From a virus: a stretch of 64,000 bases of DNA. Under the pieces are notes generated by a model. It worked only from the letters and a program-made list of their open reading frames with translations. It was not told where the DNA came from and did not search any database. This document shows positions 53,237 through 61,966 of this stretch, in pieces. Within the stretch, counting starts at the first letter, position 1. Each line of letters begins with the position of its first letter. The stretch is taken from IMG/VR virus record IMGVR_UViG_3300009103_000004, positions 32,001 through 96,000 of that record. The stretch is one strand, 5' to 3'. The position numbers and the translations under genes are program-made.

Positions 53237-54667
53237 TTAATCTACAGTGATTACGCTATCTGCAACAGAATATATGTTATTGTTATAGTCTAACCTGCCG
53301 TGGTAGCAATACCCTAAGCGCATTAACTTGGTGTGGTACACGCTAGTTTTCCACTCATGTATCGGAGACTCGGATATTATTATAGGAAGTTGCTGCTCTA
53401 TCAAATGCAACGCACCTCGTATAACCGACCACTCGTAACCTTCCGTATCGAGATGTATGACAGATACCTCACACTCTTTAGGCAAGTATGAATCTAAAGT
53501 TGTAGCTTCCACGGTTTGAACTTCGCCATCTTCCTCTAGTGTACTAACTCTGGACCCACCACCAAGCTCACCCCTCAAACGGGTGCTTACAACCATATCT
53601 ACATGTCCCTGTTGGCGGGATAGCGCCTTGTTCTCCAAAACCACGTTGTCTAACTTATTTAACTCTATGTTACGGACAGCATACTCGTAATTCTTTGGAA
53701 CAGGCTCAAAAGCATAAATAGTACCAGAAACCCCAGCACTCAAACCAGGAAGCATCTCACCTATGTACGCACCAGCATGAACTATAGATTTTCCGTCCGA
53801 ATTAGCTGTAATAAAATCAATGGTTTCACGCTCCCATACTTCACTGTCGGATAGCGTATGATATACAGGACGCGAGCAGTGACTGTTGGGCATGTAGAAC
53901 CTACCGTGTTCGTTCTCAAATAAACTCTCGCCCTGATGTTGTTTAGTCACTTGTAACTTGTATACACTTTCTTCCTCCTGCTTCTCACGCCAGTTGTCAA
54001 ACGTAAGCTCCTCGTGACCCTTATATTTATGCTTGAACACACCGCGATAGTTGCGTCCATAACATCTTGTACATATATCGTCTTTACACACGGTAAAATC
54101 AGACCCCTCAGAAACATCCTCCCAAGAAACTGCTTGTCCATAAGATTGATTAAAATACCTCTTCACTCCCCTAGAAAACGCAGTAGGGCCCGTGAGTGCA
54201 TGAACTCTATCATACCTACGACAACATATATTTCGTGTCACAACCTCTATAACTTTTTCAAGCATGGGGTGTTGGGGCTCAAACACTAAAGCCCATTGTG
54301 CGTATAACTGTGTACCATGGTAGCCATGTATAGGCTCGCTACTAATTAAGGCAGCATCTGTTTCATTCAAAAAATGAGATAATGTGCAAACAATAGTAGC
54401 GTCCATATCCAAATACACACCACCGTCTTGATACATTATGAGATAACGCCAAAAATCAGTCTTAGCAACAATGTTAGCTAACTGATTGTAAGCAAGCAAT
54501 ATGTCACCGTCAAAATAGTCATGCACATACGAATCTATTTCAGCATCTTCAAATATAGTATGTTTGAAATCTTTATTCCTATCCATAAATAACTCTGCTT
54601 GTGCTAAGGCAGGTTTAGGAATATTACTAACGTCCGGGTAGGTTTGGAATATTTGTTTCGGTATCAT
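53237..54667 (-). CDS. GT32 (OCH1-like) glycosyltransferase fused to FkbM methyltransferase
   Basis: IPKQIFQT, KTDFWRY..GGVYLDMD, TGP; then HAGAYIG, FEP, IHLDTEGYE. Confidence 0.85.
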   Translation of the reverse strand: MIPKQIFQTYPDVSNIPKPALAQAELFMDRNKDFKHTIFEDAEIDSYVHDYFDGDILLAYNQLANIVAKTDFWRYLIMYQDGGVYLDMDATIVCTLSHFLNETDAALISSEPIHGYHGTQLYAQWALVFEPQHPMLEKVIEVVTRNICCRRYDRVHALTGPTAFSRGVKRYFNQSYGQAVSWEDVSEGSDFTVCKDDICTRCYGRNYRGVFKHKYKGHEELTFDNWREKQEEESVYKLQVTKQHQGESLFENEHGRFYMPNSHCSRPVYHTLSDSEVWERETIDFITANSDGKSIVHAGAYIGEMLPGLSAGVSGTIYAFEPVPKNYEYAVRNIELNKLDNVVLENKALSRQQGHVDMVVSTRLRGELGGGSRVSTLEEDGEVQTVEATTLDSYLPKECEVSVIHLDTEGYEWSVIRGALHLIEQQLPIIISESPIHEWKTSVYHTKLMRLGYCYHGRLDYNNNIYSVADSVITVD

Positions 54668-55389
54668 TTGTATCCAAGTAGCTCAAAATCTTCCTTAAAA
54701 TACTCCCGCGCCATGGCCTCGGACTCATCGTCATAATAATCCATATAAGGCTTACCAGCATCTTTTGCCTTTCGCGTAGTTGGGAGTTTTATCTTTGGTA
54801 TACCCAAATCAGAACATACGGCGCTGAAGTCATTCTGTAAATTCTCAAAGCGAATAAGCCTGTCAACCAGAAGTTGCCCATCACGGTTAGGTATATAACA
54901 AATTTGTGGGCGAGTGTGAGTCCACGTATGCGGTCTCCAATTTTTTTCCGCAGAACCAGAAAGTAACAAGCTCAAAGCTTCTTTAAATCCTACTTCCTGG
55001 TATTGAAGTACATAGTTATAACTAGAGACAAAGCGAGATAAAGGGTGTCTGCATTGGGTAAATTTGTAAGCATCTTCAAAAAATGCTTTGTAACGCTGTG
55101 AGTAATCCCACCACTGCTCACCGTTAACCTGGCAGATGTGAGTTTTGGATGGAAAATCCCCAGACAGGTACTTACCAGGAAACTTATCCAATGGATGGTG
55201 GTCAGACATGATTCGAATTATGCCGTCAGCATTTAAGCGTTTACTCGTTCGGTATTTATCAAACATATCACACTCAAACTCATGTGAATCTGCATGCTTG
55301 CGCTCAAAATAAAGATCTGACAAACCCAGAAGTGCAGCCCTGACTGATGTGCTGGCCGTCTTGGGTGCTCTAAACCAAATTGCCTTCAT
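54664..55389 (-). CDS. sulfotransferase family 2
   Basis: WFRAPKTASTSV; CRHPLSRFVSSY; start MKAIW at 55389. Confidence 0.85.
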   Translation of the reverse strand: MKAIWFRAPKTASTSVRAALLGLSDLYFERKHADSHEFECDMFDKYRTSKRLNADGIIRIMSDHHPLDKFPGKYLSGDFPSKTHICQVNGEQWWDYSQRYKAFFEDAYKFTQCRHPLSRFVSSYNYVLQYQEVGFKEALSLLLSGSAEKNWRPHTWTHTRPQICYIPNRDGQLLVDRLIRFENLQNDFSAVCSDLGIPKIKLPTTRKAKDAGKPYMDYYDDESEAMAREYFKEDFELLGYK

Positions 55390-58234
55390 GTGTCCATTTA
55401 GTGTTAAAATATTTTTGTTTTTCTGAAAAAGAATCAGGAAACAATTTATTACCAGTACCACCCCATTCATGTTCAAAGCCTCCGGATGAGTTGATTCGTA
55501 GTATCTTGTATCCACTATCCTTAAGCTGAAGGCATAAGTCTGTATCTTCTAGCCAAAAGGGCTTGAACTTTAAATCCATCTCAAATGCAACACCATAGAG
55601 AGATCTTCTGAAAATTTGACAACAACCAGCTAGAGTGTCCACAAACCCCTCGCCATCACCGTCAAAGACATCAGTATGTTCAAACGTAGAGTAGTCTTGA
55701 AAATAAGCACCCACAACTCCACACATACCAATACCAGTGTCGGATAACACAAATTTTGCTCTATCAAGAAAAGAACTGTTACGGATGTAAGAGTCACTGT
55801 CTACACTAACAACTATGTCGCCACGCGCTTCCTCAAACAGAACAGCCCTACCCCCGGCAACACCGTCATTGTCATCAGAATAAATTACTCTAACTTTTGA
55901 AAAGCGCTCCTCAATCAAGCGAAGCCACTCTCTAAACTCAGAGTTACTAGCGTTATCATATATTAACACCTCCTCTATGTCATCACGATGCTCAGCTAAC
56001 TCTAACCACGTAGACATGCAATCCTTTGTTTTATCCAACCTGTTGTGTGTTAAAAATACTAAGGATATAGAGGCCTGGGACATATCGTTGTAAGCAGGGG
56101 CTGCAAAACTGGCGTACATGGATTTAGAAGCGGATATGTATTCAGGCGTAATAACTTCATCGTTAACAGACTCATCATGATTCCACAAATGTACCGAGTA
56201 GGATCCGCGATATTCCTCTTCGTACTGCGCGCTATCTTCAGATAACAAACAATCATTTATCTTATCCCACAGAGGCCAGAAAAAAGAATGCGATCCCAAA
56301 ATCTTCAGTTTGTTCTGAGGCCAGTGCTTGGAATTTGCTATAACGTTAGGGACAACAACAGAATGCCAATCCCAAGCGTCGTCCCTACCCGCAGATTTGA
56401 AGGACCTGTATGAGTATATCCAATCAAGTATAAATTCAGATCCAGGCTTGGCCACTATAGTCGCATTACACAGACCATAATAATCATATTTATCGTAAAG
56501 TGCAGGATCCATAAAAATGCGAGCGGAATCCTGTATACCAAGAGATGTCTCAATATCGTAAAGATTTTCAAATGAAGAAACAGTTATGGTGTCCAAATCA
56601 AGGTATACACCACCATACTTGTACAACATTAGCAACCTAACCACATCAGACATATGGGCGTAATGCACAACTGGGTTACCAAAGATCTCGTGTACAAGAT
56701 CAACCTTGTTCATAGTGAGGTAGGGCTTTATTAGATCCCACCACACACCATGTGGCTCAGAATGATAGTGGAAGTAAACAGCGTCTGGAGCGTTATAGTG
56801 TATAGCTGTCTTAATAGCCAAGTATTGAACAAAAGTAAACTCCTCTGGAATATTGGACATACCAAAAGAGAAGTGGAATATATTCGGAACCTTGTTGTGA
56901 TCATACGAAATAGGATCTGGTATAAAATCCGGGGTTACGCTTGTGCCATTCTCAAAAACATAACCGCCTAACTCAATGTCTTCGGAAAAAGACTTGGCTA
57001 CGATCTCCCTAGTCTCGTCGTCGTAGTAATCCGAATAATGGTTGGGGTATGTCTTGATGGTGTCGCTGAATGTGACACCTTTGAATATAGAAGAGTCAAG
57101 TGAGTGCCTATCTTCGACGCAAAAGACATGATCAACACAGTCGCCCAAGTAATACTGTTGTTTGCGAACATTGGTTGTACGAACGTAGTCTTCAAAACTT
57201 ATAGTGTCTGAAGCACGTTTGTCAAAATCACGAAAGTACATAGAAACCAACCGCTCCCAGGGGTTAACAACAAAAGCAAAAGAAGTGTAGGAGTCACAAG
57301 TGTCCTGACCGTAAATATCTCTAACCTCAGAAGCCCTGAGCTCTACCGGGTTGTACAGGCCAGTGTCCACCATTGCTTGTTTGCAATTATCATCTGGGAG
57401 CGTAATTGGTATGAGTTGACGCTTGTGGTTTATAAGAGGCAAATGAAGCCTGTACAAATCTGCGTCCAGTTTGGTTGAAGGCTTACGCATGGAGAACCAG
57501 CCCGGGCCACACTTGCTGTCTTTACCAGAATGGTTCTCACCAGTACCCATGTTATATGCAGCAGCAGTTACATTGGGCCATTTCTCCAAACTGTCATAAC
57601 AGTTAAAGAAATAAGTCTCGTAGTTCATATGACACCCCAGAACACCCTTGAGGAAAAAAGGATGTACATTATCTCGTATGTCCTTGGCTGAAGACTCAAC
57701 GGACAACTTGTCCATGGATATATCTGTTATAAGAGTACGGTAGTTAAGTATATGAGAAGTACCGCAAGTTTCTCTGAAGCCCACGCGATGAGTAATCTTG
57801 TAGTTCTGTACATACACACCGCGATCAAACCACCACCCCATCCTACCAGGCATGTCCTTAACCGACGAAACTGTCTTATCCGAAATAAAATCATCAGCGT
57901 CAAAGAACATTACATACTCAGGGTCATACTTCTCAGCCGCTATCAACCCTACCACAAACTTAAGGCCCCTGTCATAATTACAAGCTGGCACACCAGTAAC
58001 TGGGCCATCAGCAAGAGATGGCGAATCGAAGCCCACCTCTACAAACTCAACGTGATCCTTTATTCTATGGTTATCGGAAAAGTCATCCAGTATCCTGTTG
58101 CACACTACTATTACACGAAAGTCCTTGTCTGTCTGGCTGCACACCGAAAATAGGGTGTCTCTAAGCAGGTCCCAGACGCGCTCATAGTAAAAGCTATTCT
58201 TAGGGTGCCTTACGGAGGTTATAAATGTAAACAT
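55370..58234 (-). CDS. four-domain fusion: GT-A + degenerate sulfotransferase + GT32 + GT2
   Basis: [75 protein letters not shown]. Confidence 0.8.
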   Translation of the reverse strand: [954 protein letters not shown]

Positions 58235-58887
58235 CAGTCAAAGGTATATTTAAACGTTTCTATATCTTCAGCATACAGCTTAGACACTATGTCCACAGAG
58301 TCACTATCATAGTACTCTCTGTAATCCTTTTTACGCTCGGACTCGTTCTTAACCTCGAGTGCGGATGTTCTCAACCTAAGCTTAAGCGTAGAGGCTATCA
58401 AGCCCAAGTCATCCGTAAGAGTTTCGTATCTTCCTATAAAGTCTGGGAGCAGGTGACCCTTGTAACAAACAAACTCAACCTGTGGGAGTAAGTGAGGAGA
58501 ACTCTTGTAGCTGTAAGGTATAAAGTGAGCCTTGGCATTAAACCAAGTATCATGGTTCTTCACAAACTCGTTGAAATCACCATCGTAATGCTGAATGTAT
58601 AAATTTGAAACACGATTATCCGTAAAGTTTATACCACCCAGCGCCAAATAGTGGAAAGCTGACACAAGACGATCCCAAGGATTTCTTACAAAACATAGTT
58701 TGAAGTAGTCTGCCCACAAGTCAGATGACTTTCCGAAGTTGTCATAGAGATGCTCCATACTCTCATGCTCACCGATTTGCATATCTATGTCGTGTGTCTT
58801 TCTCAATTTATGGAGTAGGGCTGTGCCAGCGACCCTGGGAACATGAAAGAATATAAATCGCTTGTCGTAGCAAATGTACATCACCAA
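58234..58887 (-). CDS. sulfotransferase family 2
   Basis: FFHVPRVAGTAL; FVRNPWDRLVSAF; GRYETL. Confidence 0.88.
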   Translation of the reverse strand: MVMYICYDKRFIFFHVPRVAGTALLHKLRKTHDIDMQIGEHESMEHLYDNFGKSSDLWADYFKLCFVRNPWDRLVSAFHYLALGGINFTDNRVSNLYIQHYDGDFNEFVKNHDTWFNAKAHFIPYSYKSSPHLLPQVEFVCYKGHLLPDFIGRYETLTDDLGLIASTLKLRLRTSALEVKNESERKKDYREYYDSDSVDIVSKLYAEDIETFKYTFD

Positions 58888-58925
58888 TAGATAAAAAAAA
58901 GAACCACGCCTGTCAACGGATACAT

Positions 58926-58960
58926 AAAAAAAGCGGCACCTATTGGGGTACCGCCTTTTT
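58926..58960. terminator. probable bidirectional terminator
   Basis: A7-GCGGCACC-loop-GGTACCGC-C-T5; on the minus strand GCGGTACC/GGTGCCGC + T7. Confidence 0.75.
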
Positions 58961-58975
58961 CACATATGAACAAAC

Positions 58976-59575
58976 TTAAAGTTCTAAGTTATCAGCTAAT
59001 TCCATTTCTTCGTTATAGTACTCTGTGTGCAAGTGGAGGTCATCAGCTGGAGAAGGTATAAAAACACGGTTCTCCAAGTGCTTAGGTAGCTTATCCCCAC
59101 CATAGTGAAGGTGCACATCGTAAGCATCATCCAGAGTCTGCTGGTCGGCCTCACCGACCTTCCACGCATTAGCTAAATACTTATCAGGTATACACCTCGT
59201 GTTCCAAAGTTGCAAAATGTGACCGTCGTCAACGTCCAGTTCGTATGAGAAGGCTGGCTTGCTGAGTGGACTTAGGGGCGTAATAACGGTGCAGCTGGTA
59301 TTGGACCATATGTTATCTCGACCCCAATGTTCAGCGTTATCACTCATTACCATCACCATCAACGGCCTATTTGCTCCACCGAGAAGTGTGGGAGATAAAA
59401 GAAAGATATCCCCATCCTTGATCTGTTCTACATCAACATCGTAAGGCTTATCCAGCCCACGAAATACATTTTTACGCGCCTTAAACTTAATCCACTCGCT
59501 GACCCAATTATTAAATTGAGCTATGTGCATAGCAGAGGAAGCATGGTGCGAAACCGCTTGCATTAGATTATTCAT
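58976..59575 (-). CDS. hypothetical protein, weakly PemK/MazF-like pattern
   Basis: GDIFLL..RPLMVMVMS..ITPLS; stand-alone unit with its own promoter-like motif and terminator. Confidence 0.4.
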   Translation of the reverse strand: MNNLMQAVSHHASSAMHIAQFNNWVSEWIKFKARKNVFRGLDKPYDVDVEQIKDGDIFLLSPTLLGGANRPLMVMVMSDNAEHWGRDNIWSNTSCTVITPLSPLSKPAFSYELDVDDGHILQLWNTRCIPDKYLANAWKVGEADQQTLDDAYDVHLHYGGDKLPKHLENRVFIPSPADDLHLHTEYYNEEMELADNLEL

Positions 59576-59593
59576 GACATAAGTATGTTAGTT

Positions 59594-59613
59594 GTTCATG
59601 TATATATAACACA
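59594..59613 (-). promoter_or_regulatory. promoter-like motif TGTGTTATATATACATGAAC
   Basis: Matches 23305-23321 (17 bp) and 1468-1480 (13 bp). Confidence 0.6.
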
Positions 59614-59636
59614 GGACTTAATAATATTTTTTAACC

Positions 59637-59666
59637 TTGAAATGAAATTAATGATACTATTATGAT
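59637..59666 (+). promoter_or_regulatory. sigma70-like promoter
   Basis: TTGAAA-18-TATGAT ending 6 nt before ATG 59673 (near-leaderless). Confidence 0.45.
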
Positions 59667-59672
59667 ATACTT

Positions 59673-59867
59673 ATGTTATCTTGGCAAGTACTAAATGCAC
59701 GTGGTAAATTATGTTATGCGCTGTGCATCATCAACTTAGCTATAGCGTTTACCCTAGTAGTAAATGGACATCTAATAGGCCTGTGCCACGCAGTATTCGC
59801 AATGCTCTTGGGACTAGCTACATATGATCCAAGAAACCAAAAAGAAAATGATAATAAGACAAAATGA
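59673..59867 (+). CDS. small two-TM membrane protein
   Basis: Two hydrophobic segments and a charged C-tail. Confidence 0.55.
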   Translation: MLSWQVLNARGKLCYALCIINLAIAFTLVVNGHLIGLCHAVFAMLLGLATYDPRNQKENDNKTK

Positions 59868-60120
59868 CGATGAATGGCATTACGCTAACGAATACCAAGA
59901 ATTGCTAAAGCTAGATATGGGGGAAGCTCTAAACAAACCAAGTAAGTTAGAGACTAACCTCAAGGATGTTATACTCAAAGTCCTTTACAACTTACAAAGG
60001 ACAGACCTTAACCTGGAAAGCCCAGCAGCTAAGGAGATGTTAGCTACAGAAATAGCTAAGGGTATGAAAGATATAGCAGATAAAAAACAATGGTTCGATA
60101 AACGCTTTTACGAGTTTTAA
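59824..60120 (+). CDS. hypothetical protein
   Basis: ORF; true start possibly at 59848. Confidence 0.55.
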   Translation: MIQETKKKMIIRQNDDEWHYANEYQELLKLDMGEALNKPSKLETNLKDVILKVLYNLQRTDLNLESPAAKEMLATEIAKGMKDIADKKQWFDKRFYEF

Positions 60121-60126
60121 AATTAA

Positions 60127-60744
60127 CTAAAACAATTCGTATGAGACAGAACGTATACAACCCCCGCGAGCTTTTATTTCAGATAAAGTTTTTTTAGATT
60201 TAAACTTTAGATTAAAAGGCTCTTTATCTATTTCTACTCCGCTTTCGTTTTTACAGTCCAACCGTATGTGTGGATTTGTTGGCTTATCAATGTTAGGAAT
60301 AAAGTTTCCTATAGGTAAGTGATCAGTAAAAACTAAAAACTTAAACGGAGTTTTATTATTTACTTGGTTGATAAATCTTAAAATGCTTTCATTGGAAAGA
60401 TGTTGTAGTACCTGCCTAATGATTGCCACGTCAGCTACCGGTAAAGTATCTCTACATATGTCTAGGTGCCTAAACCTAACATTAGGGATGTTAAATCTTT
60501 TTATGTTCCTGTTTATTATAACTTCCGATACATCACAAGCAGTGTATCGTTCACAATAATTAACCAAATGCTGGCCTACATTGAAATCCCCGCACCCGAG
60601 ATCAATGATGGTCTTAGGTTTTACAGACTCTAAAAAGACTGCAACTGCTTCCACATAAGACGACAGGTACGCCCCTTTACTCCCATACCCACTTGAACCC
60701 CAAACGTCTTTTGTGTAAATTTCGTCAAAAATGTTAGTATCCAC
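60127..60744 (-). CDS. class I SAM methyltransferase
   Basis: F..IY...WG.SG.GS, IIDLGCGDF, RQVLQHL. Confidence 0.85.
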   Translation of the reverse strand: MDTNIFDEIYTKDVWGSSGYGSKGAYLSSYVEAVAVFLESVKPKTIIDLGCGDFNVGQHLVNYCERYTACDVSEVIINRNIKRFNIPNVRFRHLDICRDTLPVADVAIIRQVLQHLSNESILRFINQVNNKTPFKFLVFTDHLPIGNFIPNIDKPTNPHIRLDCKNESGVEIDKEPFNLKFKSKKTLSEIKARGGCIRSVSYELF

Positions 60745-60761
60745 AGGACACAGAAACGCTT

Positions 60762-61571
60762 TTACGAATTTTGATTATCTACCCAAGGTGGATTACTAAA
60801 TAAGTCCACGGATTGTTTTTTCTCCATCTTCTTGTCACCATCAGTAAGAGCCTCATATGCCTTGCCACCACCAACCACAGCCGCAGTGGCTCCCAATGCT
60901 TTTGCCTCTAAAGATTGAACTTCTTTCTTGGACATTTGACTTGCAGCGGCATCTCTCTCAGCTTTAGTAAAACTACCGGGGTGCTTGGGTGTACCACCTT
61001 CGGGCACAGTCCTGTCAGCTGATGGCTTACGTGGCATACTGCCCGGATTTCCGCTAGCTGCAGGATTTGTAACAGCTGCTGTTCGCTTTGGTGGCTTGAG
61101 GCCGGTAGGACCTTGAGGGCTTACAGGGGGCTTAGGAGCGGGCGTGCCGTACGGGATCGTGGGCTTGAACTTGGGCTTGGGCTTGGGCCTGAACTTGGGA
61201 ACAGCAAACTTAACAAGGGGAGCGGCTAGCTTAGCAATCTTTGATAATATGTTGGCATCCTTACCCCAGGGAGGAGTGGCGGGTAATGGGAGTTCACGTG
61301 GAGCTTCTGGCTTTGGTAACCAGTCACCAGGATTACTCCCGCCAGGCCCTTCTGGCAGTGGAGTAGGAAGAGGCCCCTCTTCCCAGGGAGCTTTACCTCC
61401 AGGGCCCCTAGGGTTGGGAGGTAGGGGGCCGTCCCAGGGGGGACGCTCAGGCCCAGGCAATTCACGAGGCGGCTCACGCTCAGGCAAACCAGGGAGAGTT
61501 GATGTAGGCTCTACCGGGGGTGTATGCGGTGGGAGCGGAAAGTCATGTATTGGACCTGCTTCTTTATTCAT
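60762..61571 (-). CDS. Pro-rich low-complexity protein with K-x-A motifs, putative virion protein
   Basis: MNKEAG; repeated PRELP..PPW; GKDAN, AKLAA, VKFAV; KPKPKFKP; ALGATAAVVGGG. Confidence 0.6.
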   Translation of the reverse strand: MNKEAGPIHDFPLPPHTPPVEPTSTLPGLPEREPPRELPGPERPPWDGPLPPNPRGPGGKAPWEEGPLPTPLPEGPGGSNPGDWLPKPEAPRELPLPATPPWGKDANILSKIAKLAAPLVKFAVPKFRPKPKPKFKPTIPYGTPAPKPPVSPQGPTGLKPPKRTAAVTNPAASGNPGSMPRKPSADRTVPEGGTPKHPGSFTKAERDAAASQMSKKEVQSLEAKALGATAAVVGGGKAYEALTDGDKKMEKKQSVDLFSNPPWVDNQNS

Positions 61572-61579
61572 AGTTAGAA

Positions 61580-61608
61580 AGATTACGGTAATATTATGTA
61601 ATTGCCAA
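61580..61608 (-). promoter_or_regulatory. sigma70-like promoter
   Basis: TTGGCA-17-TAATCT shortly before ATG 61571; the -35 overlaps a divergent TTGCCA-16-TATTAT. Confidence 0.4.
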
Positions 61609-61651
61609 GTAAATACCGTGGTTTATTATTACACAATACAAATATATATAT

Positions 61652-61966
61652 ATGTTAATAATAATAGATGCAGAGTTATCCGACCCTCCTAGCTCAAGAA
61701 CATGTTTTAGAGATACTACGTTATATGCTTCGATTTTTGTAGATGCAGACGTTCTAGTTGAGTGCAGCCCGCATACAATAGATTTCTATTGGAAATGGTT
61801 AAAGCGGGGTGGAGCAATGGACTTCGTTTCACAAATTATAAAATTTGGCGAAGAGACAGGGTTCTCCATACGTCGCTGTTGTGGCGGTAGCATAAACTTG
61901 GAACGCCTAGATGAAGTTTCTTTATCTAGGGTCATATCTACGCTGAATGCATATCGTAAGACTTAG
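61652..61966 (+). CDS. hypothetical protein
   Basis: 104-aa ORF after the divergent intergenic region. Confidence 0.55.
   Translation: MLIIIDAELSDPPSSRTCFRDTTLYASIFVDADVLVECSPHTIDFYWKWLKRGGAMDFVSQIIKFGEETGFSIRRCCGGSINLERLDEVSLSRVISTLNAYRKT

Noticed and set aside
23370-58887. Cellular capsule or O-antigen locus
   Set aside because: No Wzx/Wzy/Wzz, ABC transporter or initiating transferase; flanked by phage-like genes.
58888-58916. Sigma70 promoter for the glycan operon (perfect TTGACA on the minus strand)
   Set aside because: No good -10 hexamer at 16-18 nt spacing (best is TATCTA); not supportable.
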